Origin: Folioceros fuciformis
Taxonomy: Eukaryota
NCBI GenBank assembly: GCA_049999805.1
Contig: JBNGIO010006342.1
Coordinates: 427,436-462,448 of the forward strand
Direction of reading: 5' to 3'
Length of the DNA: 35,013 nucleotides
The first letter of the stretch is position 1. Each line of letters begins with the position of its first letter. The notes under the pieces are model-generated. The model ran no database searches. It had not been told where the DNA came from and saw nothing but the letters and a program-made list of their open reading frames with translations. A program made the position numbers and the translations under genes. Below, piece after piece: positions 1 through 9,342 of the stretch.

Positions 1-340
1 ATTTGAATGCGCCAAGCGGGGCTCGGCGTGCCCCCGAGCCTACTCGCCTCGTTGACCTCATCCCCAGACCTAAACCTTCGCCCCGTCGGTCTACATGCAC
101 GGCTTTCCTAACCTCTGCCCGAGCTGAGGTACCCGAGCCTCAGGCTCGGTTCTTGGCGGGAACATGACACGTGCGGAGGACCCTAACGGCTAGTTACGCT
201 TCTCTTCCTGTTTCCGACATTCGGCAAGTGATGACAAATCACCCATCCCTTAGTTGCTGGTAAGTTCCGGCAACCAACGTTAGAATTCAGGCGTTTAGGG
301 GGGATTTCTCATTTTTCTTTGGCTTGCACAGGTTGTTCCT

Positions 341-354
341 TAGGGTTTAGGGTT
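341..354 (-). promoter_or_regulatory. Telo-box-like motif (TAGGGTTTAGGGTT) upstream of RTF2
   Basis: Reverse complement of AAACCCTA plus a partial second copy, about 780 bp upstream of the ATG. Function is not demonstrated. Confidence 0.3.
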
Positions 355-1124
355 ATCTTTGGAGTAGGTGGAATTTTTTATTTTTTCTTCAATAATAAAA
401 AATATCCATTAAATCACTACCCTAACACTATCCATACTACATAGGGGACTCATAGGAGGAAAAATCCACCAAGACTACAATAAATCAGGTAATAATAGAT
501 TAGTGTCTACAAAGATAGCTCCTCTCGTATTTTTTGTTTCATGAATTAATACTATATGGATTGGAATACTATAAATATAAAATAATAATAATAATATTGT
601 TTATAATATTAAGTTATTTTTATATCTATAAATAAAAACTACTCGTCTATATATGTGTCTGGAAGTGAACTTTAGTACCGAAATAGTTTGGAAGTAGTAT
701 GGAAACTTTATGAGATCTACGAGAATTGGGAGAGTGAAACATCTATATAAAGGGTTCCGTGACTCCAGTGGTATCCGAAAGCTCGGGCGAAATAGAAATT
801 GCGCTACGTGGTTGGTGAGGGCTGTGTTTGTAGGTCCGAACATTTCACCGACAGTTCCCCTGTGACGGGTGGCGGCCGCGATCGTGGAGAGCTCTCCCCG
901 GCCACCTAGATGGCTCTGTATGTTTGAGCTGCGAAATTGATTTCAGAAGGCGAAATTTTTCTCGGGCCATTGAAGTTTAGGTTTGATCGCCGAGGCTGTA
1001 CAGCAAGATTTGGATCAACGATTGTTGGAATTTGTCAGCCTTGGTGCTGCGGCGTGCACCTAGGGCGGGAGCACGCGAATTTGTGGAGTTCAGCAGCGAC
1101 CTGCGGAGGAAAAGTGTGGATACA

Positions 1125-2189
1125 ATGTGGATTTTTCTGCAAAGATTGGATGGTTCAACGGTTGCCGTGGAAGTGCGTGCAGGGGCATCCGTAGATTGGC
1201 TGATCCAACAAGCTTTGCCTCAAGGAGTTGATGCTGAGGGTGTTTATGTGAAGCACGGTGGTAGGCTGCTACGAAGGTCGTCGGTTCTCGGCGATGGTGG
1301 TGTGCATGAGCACAGCACCCTGCAATTAGGGTTAAGGCTGCGAGGAGGGGGTGGAGATGGTGGGGCCACTGGTGCGGAGTCAAGGGATTGTTATCTTAAG
1401 ATGTATGCGGACAAGAAGCCGGATAAAGTCGATCCTTATGAGCAGAAGCTTGCGAAGTGGACTCGATGCGGATTGTGTTCGGAGGTTTTGAAGCCCCCTT
1501 GTGTGATGGATATGTTAGGGAACCTCTACAACAAGGAGGAGATTGTGCAAGCTCTGCTTGCTAGAACAATGCCGAAGAGGTTATCTCATATTAAGGGGTT
1601 GAAGGATGTGGTGGACTTGGTCCTGACCTCCCTTCCTGGTGTTTCTTCGGATGACGATATTTCAGGTGCCAAATTCCAATGTCCAGTTACAGGACAGGAG
1701 ATGAATGGGAAGTTCAAGTTTTTTGCCTTAAGGAGCTGCGGCCATGTGCTTAGTGCACGGGCTTTTAAGGAGCTCGGTGCAGCGGCATGTGCTGTTTGTC
1801 TCAGCCCGTTTACCGATGATGAGAAGGTTGTTATCAATGGGTCAGAGGAAGAGGTGCTGGTCCTGAGGCAGAGGGTGGAAACTGAGAGGGCTGGGAAGGT
1901 GAGAATCCGAGGTGAGAAGAAGCAGGGAAAGCCATCTGTAGACAATATTAGGCGAGCTGAGCTTGTGGATATCAAGCGGAAGTCCTCTCCGAATGGTCTG
2001 GTGGAGGTTGTGCCTGTGGTGAGGCCGAAGGGGTCTGACCTTGTGCACGTTGCGAAGAAGTTGAAGGCAGAGGACCACATGCCTGTTAACGCTACCAAGG
2101 AGGTATACGCATCTATTTTTACGTCGTCAAGCAAAGGAGACTTCAAGGAAACTTACTCGTGCAGGTCACTTCCGATTGGAAGAAATTGA
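1125..2189 (+). CDS. RTF2: Replication termination factor 2 (Rtf2-domain protein, plant type with N-terminal ubiquitin-like domain), 354 aa, intronless
   Basis: First ATG is at 1125 (MWIFLQRLDG). A 75-aa ubiquitin-like region ends LRLRGG and is followed by GGDGGATGAESRDCYLKMY, WTRCGLCSEVLKPPCV, FQCPVTG, CGHVLS and the C-terminal YASIFTSS...ETYSCRSLPIGRN, all typical of plant RTF2. Confidence 0.92.
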   Translation: MWIFLQRLDGSTVAVEVRAGASVDWLIQQALPQGVDAEGVYVKHGGRLLRRSSVLGDGGVHEHSTLQLGLRLRGGGGDGGATGAESRDCYLKMYADKKPDKVDPYEQKLAKWTRCGLCSEVLKPPCVMDMLGNLYNKEEIVQALLARTMPKRLSHIKGLKDVVDLVLTSLPGVSSDDDISGAKFQCPVTGQEMNGKFKFFALRSCGHVLSARAFKELGAAACAVCLSPFTDDEKVVINGSEEEVLVLRQRVETERAGKVRIRGEKKQGKPSVDNIRRAELVDIKRKSSPNGLVEVVPVVRPKGSDLVHVAKKLKAEDHMPVNATKEVYASIFTSSSKGDFKETYSCRSLPIGRN

Positions 2190-2600
2190 GTCAAGGGTTT
2201 TGGCACTCGATCTCGGCTCGTCTCCACAGCTGTGGATTCTTGTCAGAGAAAGTTGTGTCCGATTGCTGAGGTATGGAAATAACTCACCATGTTTGGCAAA
2301 CCGCTGCACAAGTGTCATGACAGGTTCATGACTTGGAGACATGAAGTTTTGTAAACATTAGGGTTTAGTAAAACCTTCTGTTTACTAAAAGTTATTGTCT
2401 AGAAAAAAGCGAACTTTTTGTAAAGAGGAACAGATCTAATCGTAGAAGAGAAGAGGGATAAAACCATATAATCTTTTATTCTAATCGTCTACATCAAATC
2501 GAATAGGTAACCAGAGATAATAAAAGAGGATCTTTACAAGTAATCTTTTAGGAGATTGTGTAGTAATAACTATGAGCTTGTCGGCGACTTTATTTCTAGA

Positions 2601-3080
2601 TTTTAATGCTTATCCTTTGCTTTGGACCTATGAGAAGGAGCCTAATATAACCTAGTCTTGTGACTTTAATGCTGATTCTGACTTTAATGCTGATTCTTTG
2701 TTTTGAACCTATGAGAAGGAGCCTAATATAACCTAGTCTTCTGGCTAAGGGAGAGGTGGCGGGAACTATAGATCGGGTTTGAATAATAGAATGGTCCTTC
2801 AAGTGGCTGCTGATAGAATTGCTTTGTATGTCTTCGTGCCCAAGGGAGAGGTGATGAGAATTATAGATTGGATTTGAATAATGGAACAGTCCTCCAAGTG
2901 GTTGCTGTTCAAGTTGCTTTTTACGTTTTGTGCCTAAGGTAGAGGCGGTGGGAACTAGTTCAAGTTGCTTTGTATGTTTTGTGCATAAGGTCTCTAGGCA
3001 GTGGGAACTATAGATCAGGTTTGAATAATAAAACTGCCCTCCAAGTTGTTGCCGTGTGAGTTGGTTTGAGTTGCTTTGTG
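2601..3080. repeat. Degenerate direct-repeat block: 59-bp duplicate plus about 94-bp units
   Basis: 2601-2659 matches 2682-2740 (core CCTATGAGAAGGAGCCTAATATAACCTAGTCTT). GACTTTAATGCTGATTCT occurs twice. Units starting AAGG...GGGAACTATAGATCRGGTTTGAATAATA begin near 2748, 2842, 2937 (partial) and 2987. Confidence 0.8.
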
Positions 3081-3299
3081 TAGTTACCTCCAAGTTGCCG
3101 CTATTTTGAGTTGCTTTACGTTGTTACTACCACCAATCTATCTTCTTCATTGTTGCCTATGGAACATAAGAAAGTCAAACATATGGAGAAACTAGCCCTT
3201 GCACAAGCTACACACACTCTAGTCTTATCAATTGTGACAAATTGAACACAAGTTAATGCAATGGCCTTGGTAGATACTTATGTTGATAAAGTACGCCAT

Positions 3300-3487
3300 G
3301 CTAAACTAAGGAAGCTTGAAGTTGGAAGCTTAAGCTTCCTTAGTTCCACTTAGATTAAGACGCTAAACTAAGGAAGCTTGATGCTGGAAGCTTAAGCTTC
3401 CTTAGTTCCACTTAGATTAAGACAACTCGAAGCTTGATGCTGGAAGCCTAAGCTTCCTTAGTTCCACTTAGATTAAGACAACTCGAC
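3300..3487. repeat. 62-bp tandem repeat, about 3 copies, with an internal 14-bp inverted repeat
   Basis: Units at 3300-3361 and 3362-3423, then a 5'-truncated unit at 3424-3487. Each full unit contains AACTAAGGAAGCTT-n14-AAGCTTCCTTAGTT. Confidence 0.92.
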
Positions 3488-3777
3488 AAGTTATTGTTCT
3501 TAGAACTTAGAGCTTTACTTTATATCTGAAATAGGATGACGGTACATATGTAGAACGAAGCGCTTGACAAATGAGCAAAAACATGTGGACTGACTCAAGC
3601 GTTTTTTTAAGTTAGTACTTGTTTCCTTTGCAGGGCGCAGTGGCTCCGAACTGCCGTTGTGGAGGGCCATTGACGCCTTTTGAAAGGCCCTTGACGCTTT
3701 TGAGCTGAGTTTGGTAGTGCGAACTTTTCGATCCCACGAGACATATCTCACACACTGACCGGGCGGCTCGGCCCACG

Positions 3778-4815
3778 ATGCTCAGGTACGATGAGATGAT
3801 GCGGTGGGCTCACGAGCAGCAGCAATACTACGACATGGAGCAGGCGGGGCGGGGTCTTGGCTACAGGGGGTTGTTCACGCCGTCTGTCGATGGCAGCCGC
3901 CATCTCGAAAACGACTACTGGCGGCGTTTCCTTCCGGAGGAGCCCGTGCGCCAGGTGCGGGGTATCAGGCCGTTGCAGGAAGGAGCAGCGCAGGGACCGG
4001 AGGTAGAAGGACTCCCGCAATTGCCGAAGAGGCCACGGCTGGAGCTCAACGTCCGGCAGCACACTGCGGTTGCTTTGCCGGCGCCTGCCCAGGGTGGGAG
4101 GAGGCCGGAGGCTGCTGATGGAAGGGGTGAAGGTGCAGGGGTTGGCGGCTTCCTCGAGGAGGAGGTCCCTGCCCAGGAGCACGGCCAAGCGGCGGCGCAG
4201 CAGGAGGTTGCGGATCGAGGTGCGCCTCCTTTGGAGGCCACGCCTGGCGTTGAGGCTCCTACCGAGCGGGAGGTGGTGGAGTTTGACAGAAGTTGGCAGT
4301 ATCTCTCTCTGGCGATGCAGCGGGGAGCGAATCATGTGTTGAGGGAGACCGGCTCGCAGGAGCTGTCGGCGCTGCAGGATTGTGCGCGGCATATCGAGGA
4401 TCTTGTGGGCCGCGCCAAGGAGGCAGCGGTGGAGCGGGAGGTAAGATTTGCAGCATTGGAGAAGGCGGAGGCGCAGCGGTTGATGAAGGTAGCCCGGGAG
4501 CAGACGGCTGCGACGCAGTCTGAGTTGGAGAAGGTGAAACGGGATCACGAAGACCAGATCCGTGCTCTCAAGGAAGCACAGGAAGCTGCATTGGCGCAGC
4601 AGAAGGGAGAGCACGAGGCTCTGATCGCCGAGGAGCAGCACAAGAGCGTTTGTAAGATCTGTCTTCACAGCCTCAGGGATTCCGTGCTGCTGCCTTGTAT
4701 GCATTTCGACTACTGCCTGCAGTGCTTGACGACACACAGATTGCAGCAGAATACGTGCCCGACTTGCAGAGACCCCATTCACGGCATGTTGAAGTGCAAC
4801 CTTGGCATCTCTTAA
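3778..4815 (+). CDS. Coiled-coil + C-terminal C3HC4 RING (zf-C3HC4_3-like) putative E3 ubiquitin ligase, paralog A, 345 aa
   Basis: Intact ORF. RING is CKIC-x11-CMH-x3-CLQC-x10-CPTC, preceded by an E/A/K/Q-rich helical segment, with a KRPR basic motif in the N-terminal half. Confidence 0.85.
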   Translation: MLRYDEMMRWAHEQQQYYDMEQAGRGLGYRGLFTPSVDGSRHLENDYWRRFLPEEPVRQVRGIRPLQEGAAQGPEVEGLPQLPKRPRLELNVRQHTAVALPAPAQGGRRPEAADGRGEGAGVGGFLEEEVPAQEHGQAAAQQEVADRGAPPLEATPGVEAPTEREVVEFDRSWQYLSLAMQRGANHVLRETGSQELSALQDCARHIEDLVGRAKEAAVEREVRFAALEKAEAQRLMKVAREQTAATQSELEKVKRDHEDQIRALKEAQEAALAQQKGEHEALIAEEQHKSVCKICLHSLRDSVLLPCMHFDYCLQCLTTHRLQQNTCPTCRDPIHGMLKCNLGIS

Positions 4816-5371
4816 TTTTGGAAGTCATGAATCGTCTAGGATACGGTTTTTTGTCTGCACGGCAGGGTATGGTTGCAGCTTTTCTCTATTTTGTAGTTGG
4901 GACAACTAACTGGGGACAGTTCTGGGAAGAGCTCCCTACTTTGTTCCTTCGTAGTTGGGATATGTAACAGGCGGTGTAGCTCTGGTAAGGGTTAGCTACA
5001 TGTCTGCTATAGCTGTGGCGACTAGCAGGGGTACGTAGAAGAAGAAGGGTTCTATTAGCGACCATTAAGGACGGGTTATAGCTATCGTCAGGCAAGAATT
5101 CTAGCAAAGACCACTAGGGACGGAGTATACCTGTCAGAAGGGCTCCCTTCCGTTGCTAGCCAAGCCCTTGCAGTGCGTTCGGCTGGCAGAAAGCCTTCGA
5201 GACCTGTGAGACGTCTCAACAGTTCTGCTATTCTGGAGGTGTGCATTATATTATAGGTCATCTACAGCACGATCCGAGAAGCTCTTACCCTACAGCTAAG
5301 CCCAATTCGAGTAACATACTCCAACGTACCCGTGCAGCCGGAGGCGTGTATTGCGTCAACCGGCCTTGGAA

Positions 5372-5509
5372 GTCTCACGCGTTCCTTCATCTCAACCTGC
5401 TTGTACGTCACCTGCCTTGCACGTCTCACGCGTTCCTTCATCTCAACCTGCTTGTACGTCACCTGCCTTGCCCGTCTCACGCGTTCCTTCATCTCAACCT
5501 GCTTGTACG
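5372..5509. repeat. 51-bp tandem repeat, about 2.7 copies
   Basis: Unit GTCTCACGCGTTCCTTCATCTCAACCTGCTTGTACGTCACCTGCCTTGCAC starts at 5372, 5423 and 5474; copies are nearly identical. Confidence 0.95.
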
Positions 5510-5784
5510 AAACCCACGGGAGATCTCAGCACGTATTGTCCCGACTATCGACGTCATGATATCCCGACTTGCATAGTTCTGCGGTAGAGCCGGGTAGTCG
5601 AGAATCTAGGAAGCTTTCCCTTCTTCTCAAGAGCAGGTATGGACTCGTCGAAAAAGAAACCTTGATCCTAACACCTTGCTTTACTTTTATGGTTCACTAA
5701 ACAAAGACCCTGATGATCATATGGTGGTTGTTTGGAGGAAAAGTCTTACAGAGATGCTTATGGGGACAGAAAAGAAGTACTCCA

Positions 5785-5860
5785 AGTACTGTCCTACTTC
5801 CTTCCAAGCAGAGGAGGCTTGGAGAGGATGCCTCTCCTTGGAGGGAAGTAGGAAATTACT
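5785..5860. other. Long inverted repeat / hairpin
   Basis: 5792-5808 TCCTACTTCCTTCCAAG pairs with 5837-5853 CTTGGAGGGAAGTAGGA (16 Watson-Crick pairs + 1 G-U). Also inner GAGGC/GCCTC and outer AGTA/TACT pairing. Confidence 0.75.
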
Positions 5861-6111
5861 AAGACAGGGCTTACTACATCGAACTTCAGCTCAAGGCTAA
5901 GTCCCACCACTACTCAAGCTCAGTGAGACTACCTTCCATTCCAGTGCGGGACAAAAGATTTCTTTTCACGGACGTTTTCCTGCCCTTGTGGTCTTTGAAA
6001 AGGTCCTTAACGCTAATGAGCTTGCCCTAGAGGGCTTGTTTGAGCTATAATGTGAGCTTTTCGCTTCCACGAGACGTTTTCTCACACACTGGCTGGACGC
6101 CTCGGCCCACG

Positions 6112-7116
6112 ATGCCTTCCACAATGTCTATACTCGACAATTTGATGCACTCGGAGGATGTGGGGCCTGTCTTTGACTACAGGGGATTTCTGCGCATGGG
6201 TCCTGATCTCGAGCGCCCGCCCGACAGCAAGGACTCGATGCCGCCTTTTCCGGTGAAGCGGCGTGTGATGTCCTTGGAGGAAGGAGCGGCGCAGGGATCG
6301 AAGTCAGAACGAATCCAGCAGGTGCCGAAGAGGCCGCGGCTGGAGCTCAATGTTCGGCAGCACACTGCTGTGGCTTGGCAGGCGCCTGCCCATGGCGGGA
6401 GGAGGCCGGAGGCTGCTGATGGAAGAGGTGAGGGTATAGGACTAGCCCACTTTCTGGGGCTGAAGGCCCCTGCTCAGGAGCGCGGCCAACCCGCAGTCCA
6501 GCATGAGGTTGCGGATCGAGGTGCGCTTCCTTTTGAGGACGCGGATGGCGTTGAGGCTCCTTCCGAGGTGGAGGTGGCGGAGTTTGAAAGAAGTTGGGAG
6601 TACCTTTCTCTGGCGATGCAGCGGGGTGCGAATCATGTGTTGAGGGAGACCGGCTGGCAGGAGCTGTCCGCGCTGCAGGATTGTGCACGGCATATCGAGG
6701 ACCTCGTAAGCCGCGCTAAGGAGGCAGCGGTGGAACGGGAGATAAGATTCGCAGAACTGGAGAAGGCGGAGGCCGAGCGGGTGACGAAGATAGCCAGGGA
6801 GCGGACGGCTGCGACGCAGGCTGAGTTGGAGAAGGCGAAGCGGGATTACGAAGACCAGATCCGTGCTCTCAGGGAAGCACAGGAATCCGCTTTGGCGCAG
6901 CATGCGGGAGAGCACGAGACTCTTATCGCCGAGGAGCAGCAAAAGAGTGTTTGTAAAATCTGTCTTCACAGGCCCAGGGATTCCGTGCTGCTGCCTTGCA
7001 TGCATTTCGACTACTGCCAACAGTGCTTGACGGCACACAGAGCGCGGAACAGTGCATGCCCGACTTGCAGAGACCCCATTCACGGCATGCTGAAGTGCAA
7101 GCTCGGCGTCTCATGA
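6112..7116 (+). CDS. Coiled-coil + C3HC4 RING putative E3 ligase, paralog B, 334 aa
   Basis: ATG at 6112 sits in the same CTCGGCCCACG-ATG context as paralog A. Same KRPRLELNV motif, coiled-coil and RING (CKICLHRPRDSVLLPCMHFDYCQQC...CPTC). Confidence 0.85.
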   Translation: MPSTMSILDNLMHSEDVGPVFDYRGFLRMGPDLERPPDSKDSMPPFPVKRRVMSLEEGAAQGSKSERIQQVPKRPRLELNVRQHTAVAWQAPAHGGRRPEAADGRGEGIGLAHFLGLKAPAQERGQPAVQHEVADRGALPFEDADGVEAPSEVEVAEFERSWEYLSLAMQRGANHVLRETGWQELSALQDCARHIEDLVSRAKEAAVEREIRFAELEKAEAERVTKIARERTAATQAELEKAKRDYEDQIRALREAQESALAQHAGEHETLIAEEQQKSVCKICLHRPRDSVLLPCMHFDYCQQCLTAHRARNSACPTCRDPIHGMLKCKLGVS

Positions 7117-7721
7117 TTTTGGAAGTCATGGATTGGGTAGAATATGATTTTTGTCTGCACAGTAGGGTATGGTTCCAGCTTTCACACGTTTTGTCGTTGG
7201 GACAATGAACAGGGAACAATTCCGATCAGAGCTCCCTACTTTGCTCCATCGGCGTTGAGATATCTAATAGTGGGCGTAGCTCTGGTAAGCCTCACCTTCT
7301 AGCAGGATACAGAGCCGTCGTAAGGGCTCCAATTCGGTGTCGGCAATGCCCCTGGCAGTACGTGCGGTTGCCAGAAAAGCCTTCGAGGCCTTTGCGACAT
7401 CTCCACCTTCGCGGTCCGCTGGAGGCGTGTCGTAGAGGTCATACAAACCGAAGATACTCGAAGCTCTTACCTTACCGTGACAGAACACCGCAAAGTGCCC
7501 GTGAAGCCGCAGGCGTGAATTGCATCGCAACCTGCCTTGGAACCTGGTTGTAGGGACGGACATCCCCACCTCTGAAGCAAGCTCCAGCAGCGTACCTAGG
7601 AAGCCTTCCTTGTCATGAGCCAACTGTGGACGCCGGCAACTAAACACGTGGAGAGCTCTACGAGTTTGAAAGTACAGTAATGAGAACATATGCAGTTATG
7701 AGCTTCTTATAAAGCTAGAGC

Positions 7722-7916
7722 TTAGTTCTCTCCAATTGAAGGGACCTAGTTCTCTCTCCAATTGAAGGGACCTAGTTCTCTCTCCAGTTGAAGGGACCTA
7801 GTTCTCTCTCCACTTGAAGGGACCTAGTTCTCTCTCCGCTTAAGGGAACTTAGTTCTCTCTCCACTTGCAGGAGCTTAATTCTCTCTCCGCTTGAGGTTT
7901 AATTCTCTCCACTTGG
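7722..7916. repeat. 26-bp minisatellite, about 7 copies, decaying toward the right
   Basis: Unit is approximately TAGTTCTCTCTCCA(A/G/C)TTGAAGGGACC; later copies accumulate substitutions and indels. Confidence 0.93.
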
Positions 7917-8319
7917 CATCCTTCGCAACAGTTCTCTCAAAGCACACAGTGTAGGTGCCCAGAGTCTAAGCTCTATCAGCAGTGATTGCTCTCAAAAGTC
8001 TCAAAGCATGAGGGAAGGTCCTTAGTCCTAGTCCAAATGCTGCACCCCCGTAACTATGTACCTTAAGCTCGAAGCTAAGTCGTACTTACTACTGGTTCCA
8101 GTGCTGGACACAAGCTTGCTTCTTCTCACGGAAGCGTGTTCCAGCGCTGGACACAAGCTTCCCTCTGCTTCCGCCAGTGTTGTTACTCTTCGACGTCTTG
8201 CAAAGGCCCTTGCCCTTGACGCTCTTGAGCTTGCAGTGAAGGGCTTGTTTGAGCTGATTGTGAGCTTTTGGATCCCACGAGATATCTTCTCACACACTGA
8301 CGGGACGTCTCGGCCGACG

Positions 8320-9342
8320 ATGTCCGTACTCGAGGAAATGGCGCGGAGAGTGTATGAGGATCGGCGCTACTACGAGATGGAGCAGGCGGGGCGGGGCCTT
8401 GGCTACAGGGATTTCATGTTGGCGGGTCGCGATGTCTGGCGCCAGCTTGAAATCGAGGACTGGCTGCGTTCCCTTCCGGTGAAGCGGGGTCTGAGGGCGT
8501 TAGAGGAAGGAGCAGCGCAGATACCGGAGGTAGAAGTAGTCCCGCAGATACCGAAGAGGCCGCGACTGGAGCTCAATGTTCGGCAGCTCACTGCGGTGGC
8601 TTGGCAGGCGCCTGCCCATGGCGGGAGGAGGCCGGAGGCCGCTGCTGGAAGCGGTGAAGGTGCAGGAGTGGGCGCCTTCCTGGAGGAGGTGGCCCCTGCC
8701 CAGGAGCACGGCCAACCTGCGGTGCAGCAGGAGTTTGCGGATCGAGGTGCGGTTCCGACGGATGTCGCGGCTGGCGTTGAGGCTCCTACCGAGCGGGAGG
8801 TGGTGGAGTTTGACAAAAGTTGGCAGTACCTTTCTTTGGCGATGCGACGGGGTGCGAATCATGTGTTGAGGGAGACCGGCTCACAGGAGCTGTACGCGCT
8901 GCAGGATTGCGCGCGCCACATCGAGGACCTTGTGGGCCGCGCCAAGGAGGCCGCGTTGGAACGGGAGATCAATTTTTCAGTGTTGGAGAGTGTGGAGGCC
9001 CTGTGGTTGATGAAGATAGCCCGGGAGCGGACGGCTGCGACGCAGGCGGAGTTGGAGAAGGTGAAGCGGGATCACGAAGACCAGATCCGTGCTCTTAAGG
9101 AAGCACACGAAGCTGCTTTGGCGGAGCAGAAGGGAGAGCACGAGGTTCTTATTGCAGAGGAGCAGCACAAGAGTGTTTGTAAGATCTGTCTTCACAGGCC
9201 CAGGGATTCCGTGTTGCTGCCTTGTATGCATTTCGACTACTGTCTGCATTGCTTGACGGCACACAGACTGCGGCAGAATACATGCCCGACTTGCAGAGAC
9301 CACATTCACGGCATGTTGAAGTGCAACCTTGGCATCTCTTAA
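8320..9342 (+). CDS. Coiled-coil + C3HC4 RING putative E3 ligase, paralog C, 340 aa
   Basis: ATG at 8320 chosen by homologous context CTCGGCCGACG-ATG, although the frame is open from 8056. Ends KCNLGIS like paralog A. Confidence 0.85.
   Translation: MSVLEEMARRVYEDRRYYEMEQAGRGLGYRDFMLAGRDVWRQLEIEDWLRSLPVKRGLRALEEGAAQIPEVEVVPQIPKRPRLELNVRQLTAVAWQAPAHGGRRPEAAAGSGEGAGVGAFLEEVAPAQEHGQPAVQQEFADRGAVPTDVAAGVEAPTEREVVEFDKSWQYLSLAMRRGANHVLRETGSQELYALQDCARHIEDLVGRAKEAALEREINFSVLESVEALWLMKIARERTAATQAELEKVKRDHEDQIRALKEAHEAALAEQKGEHEVLIAEEQHKSVCKICLHRPRDSVLLPCMHFDYCLHCLTAHRLRQNTCPTCRDHIHGMLKCNLGIS

Noticed and set aside
3300..7916. Repeat arrays as CRISPR-like loci
   Set aside because: Units are head-to-tail with no unique spacers, there are no cas genes, and the context is eukaryotic.
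8056..8319. 88-aa N-terminal extension of RING paralog C
   Set aside because: The proximal part is homologous to sequence upstream of the ATG in paralogs A and B, and the ATG at 8320 has the conserved context.
3778..9342. Gene conversion mosaic among the RING paralogs
   Set aside because: With only three sequences and no outgroup, pairwise sharing is explained by private changes in the third copy.
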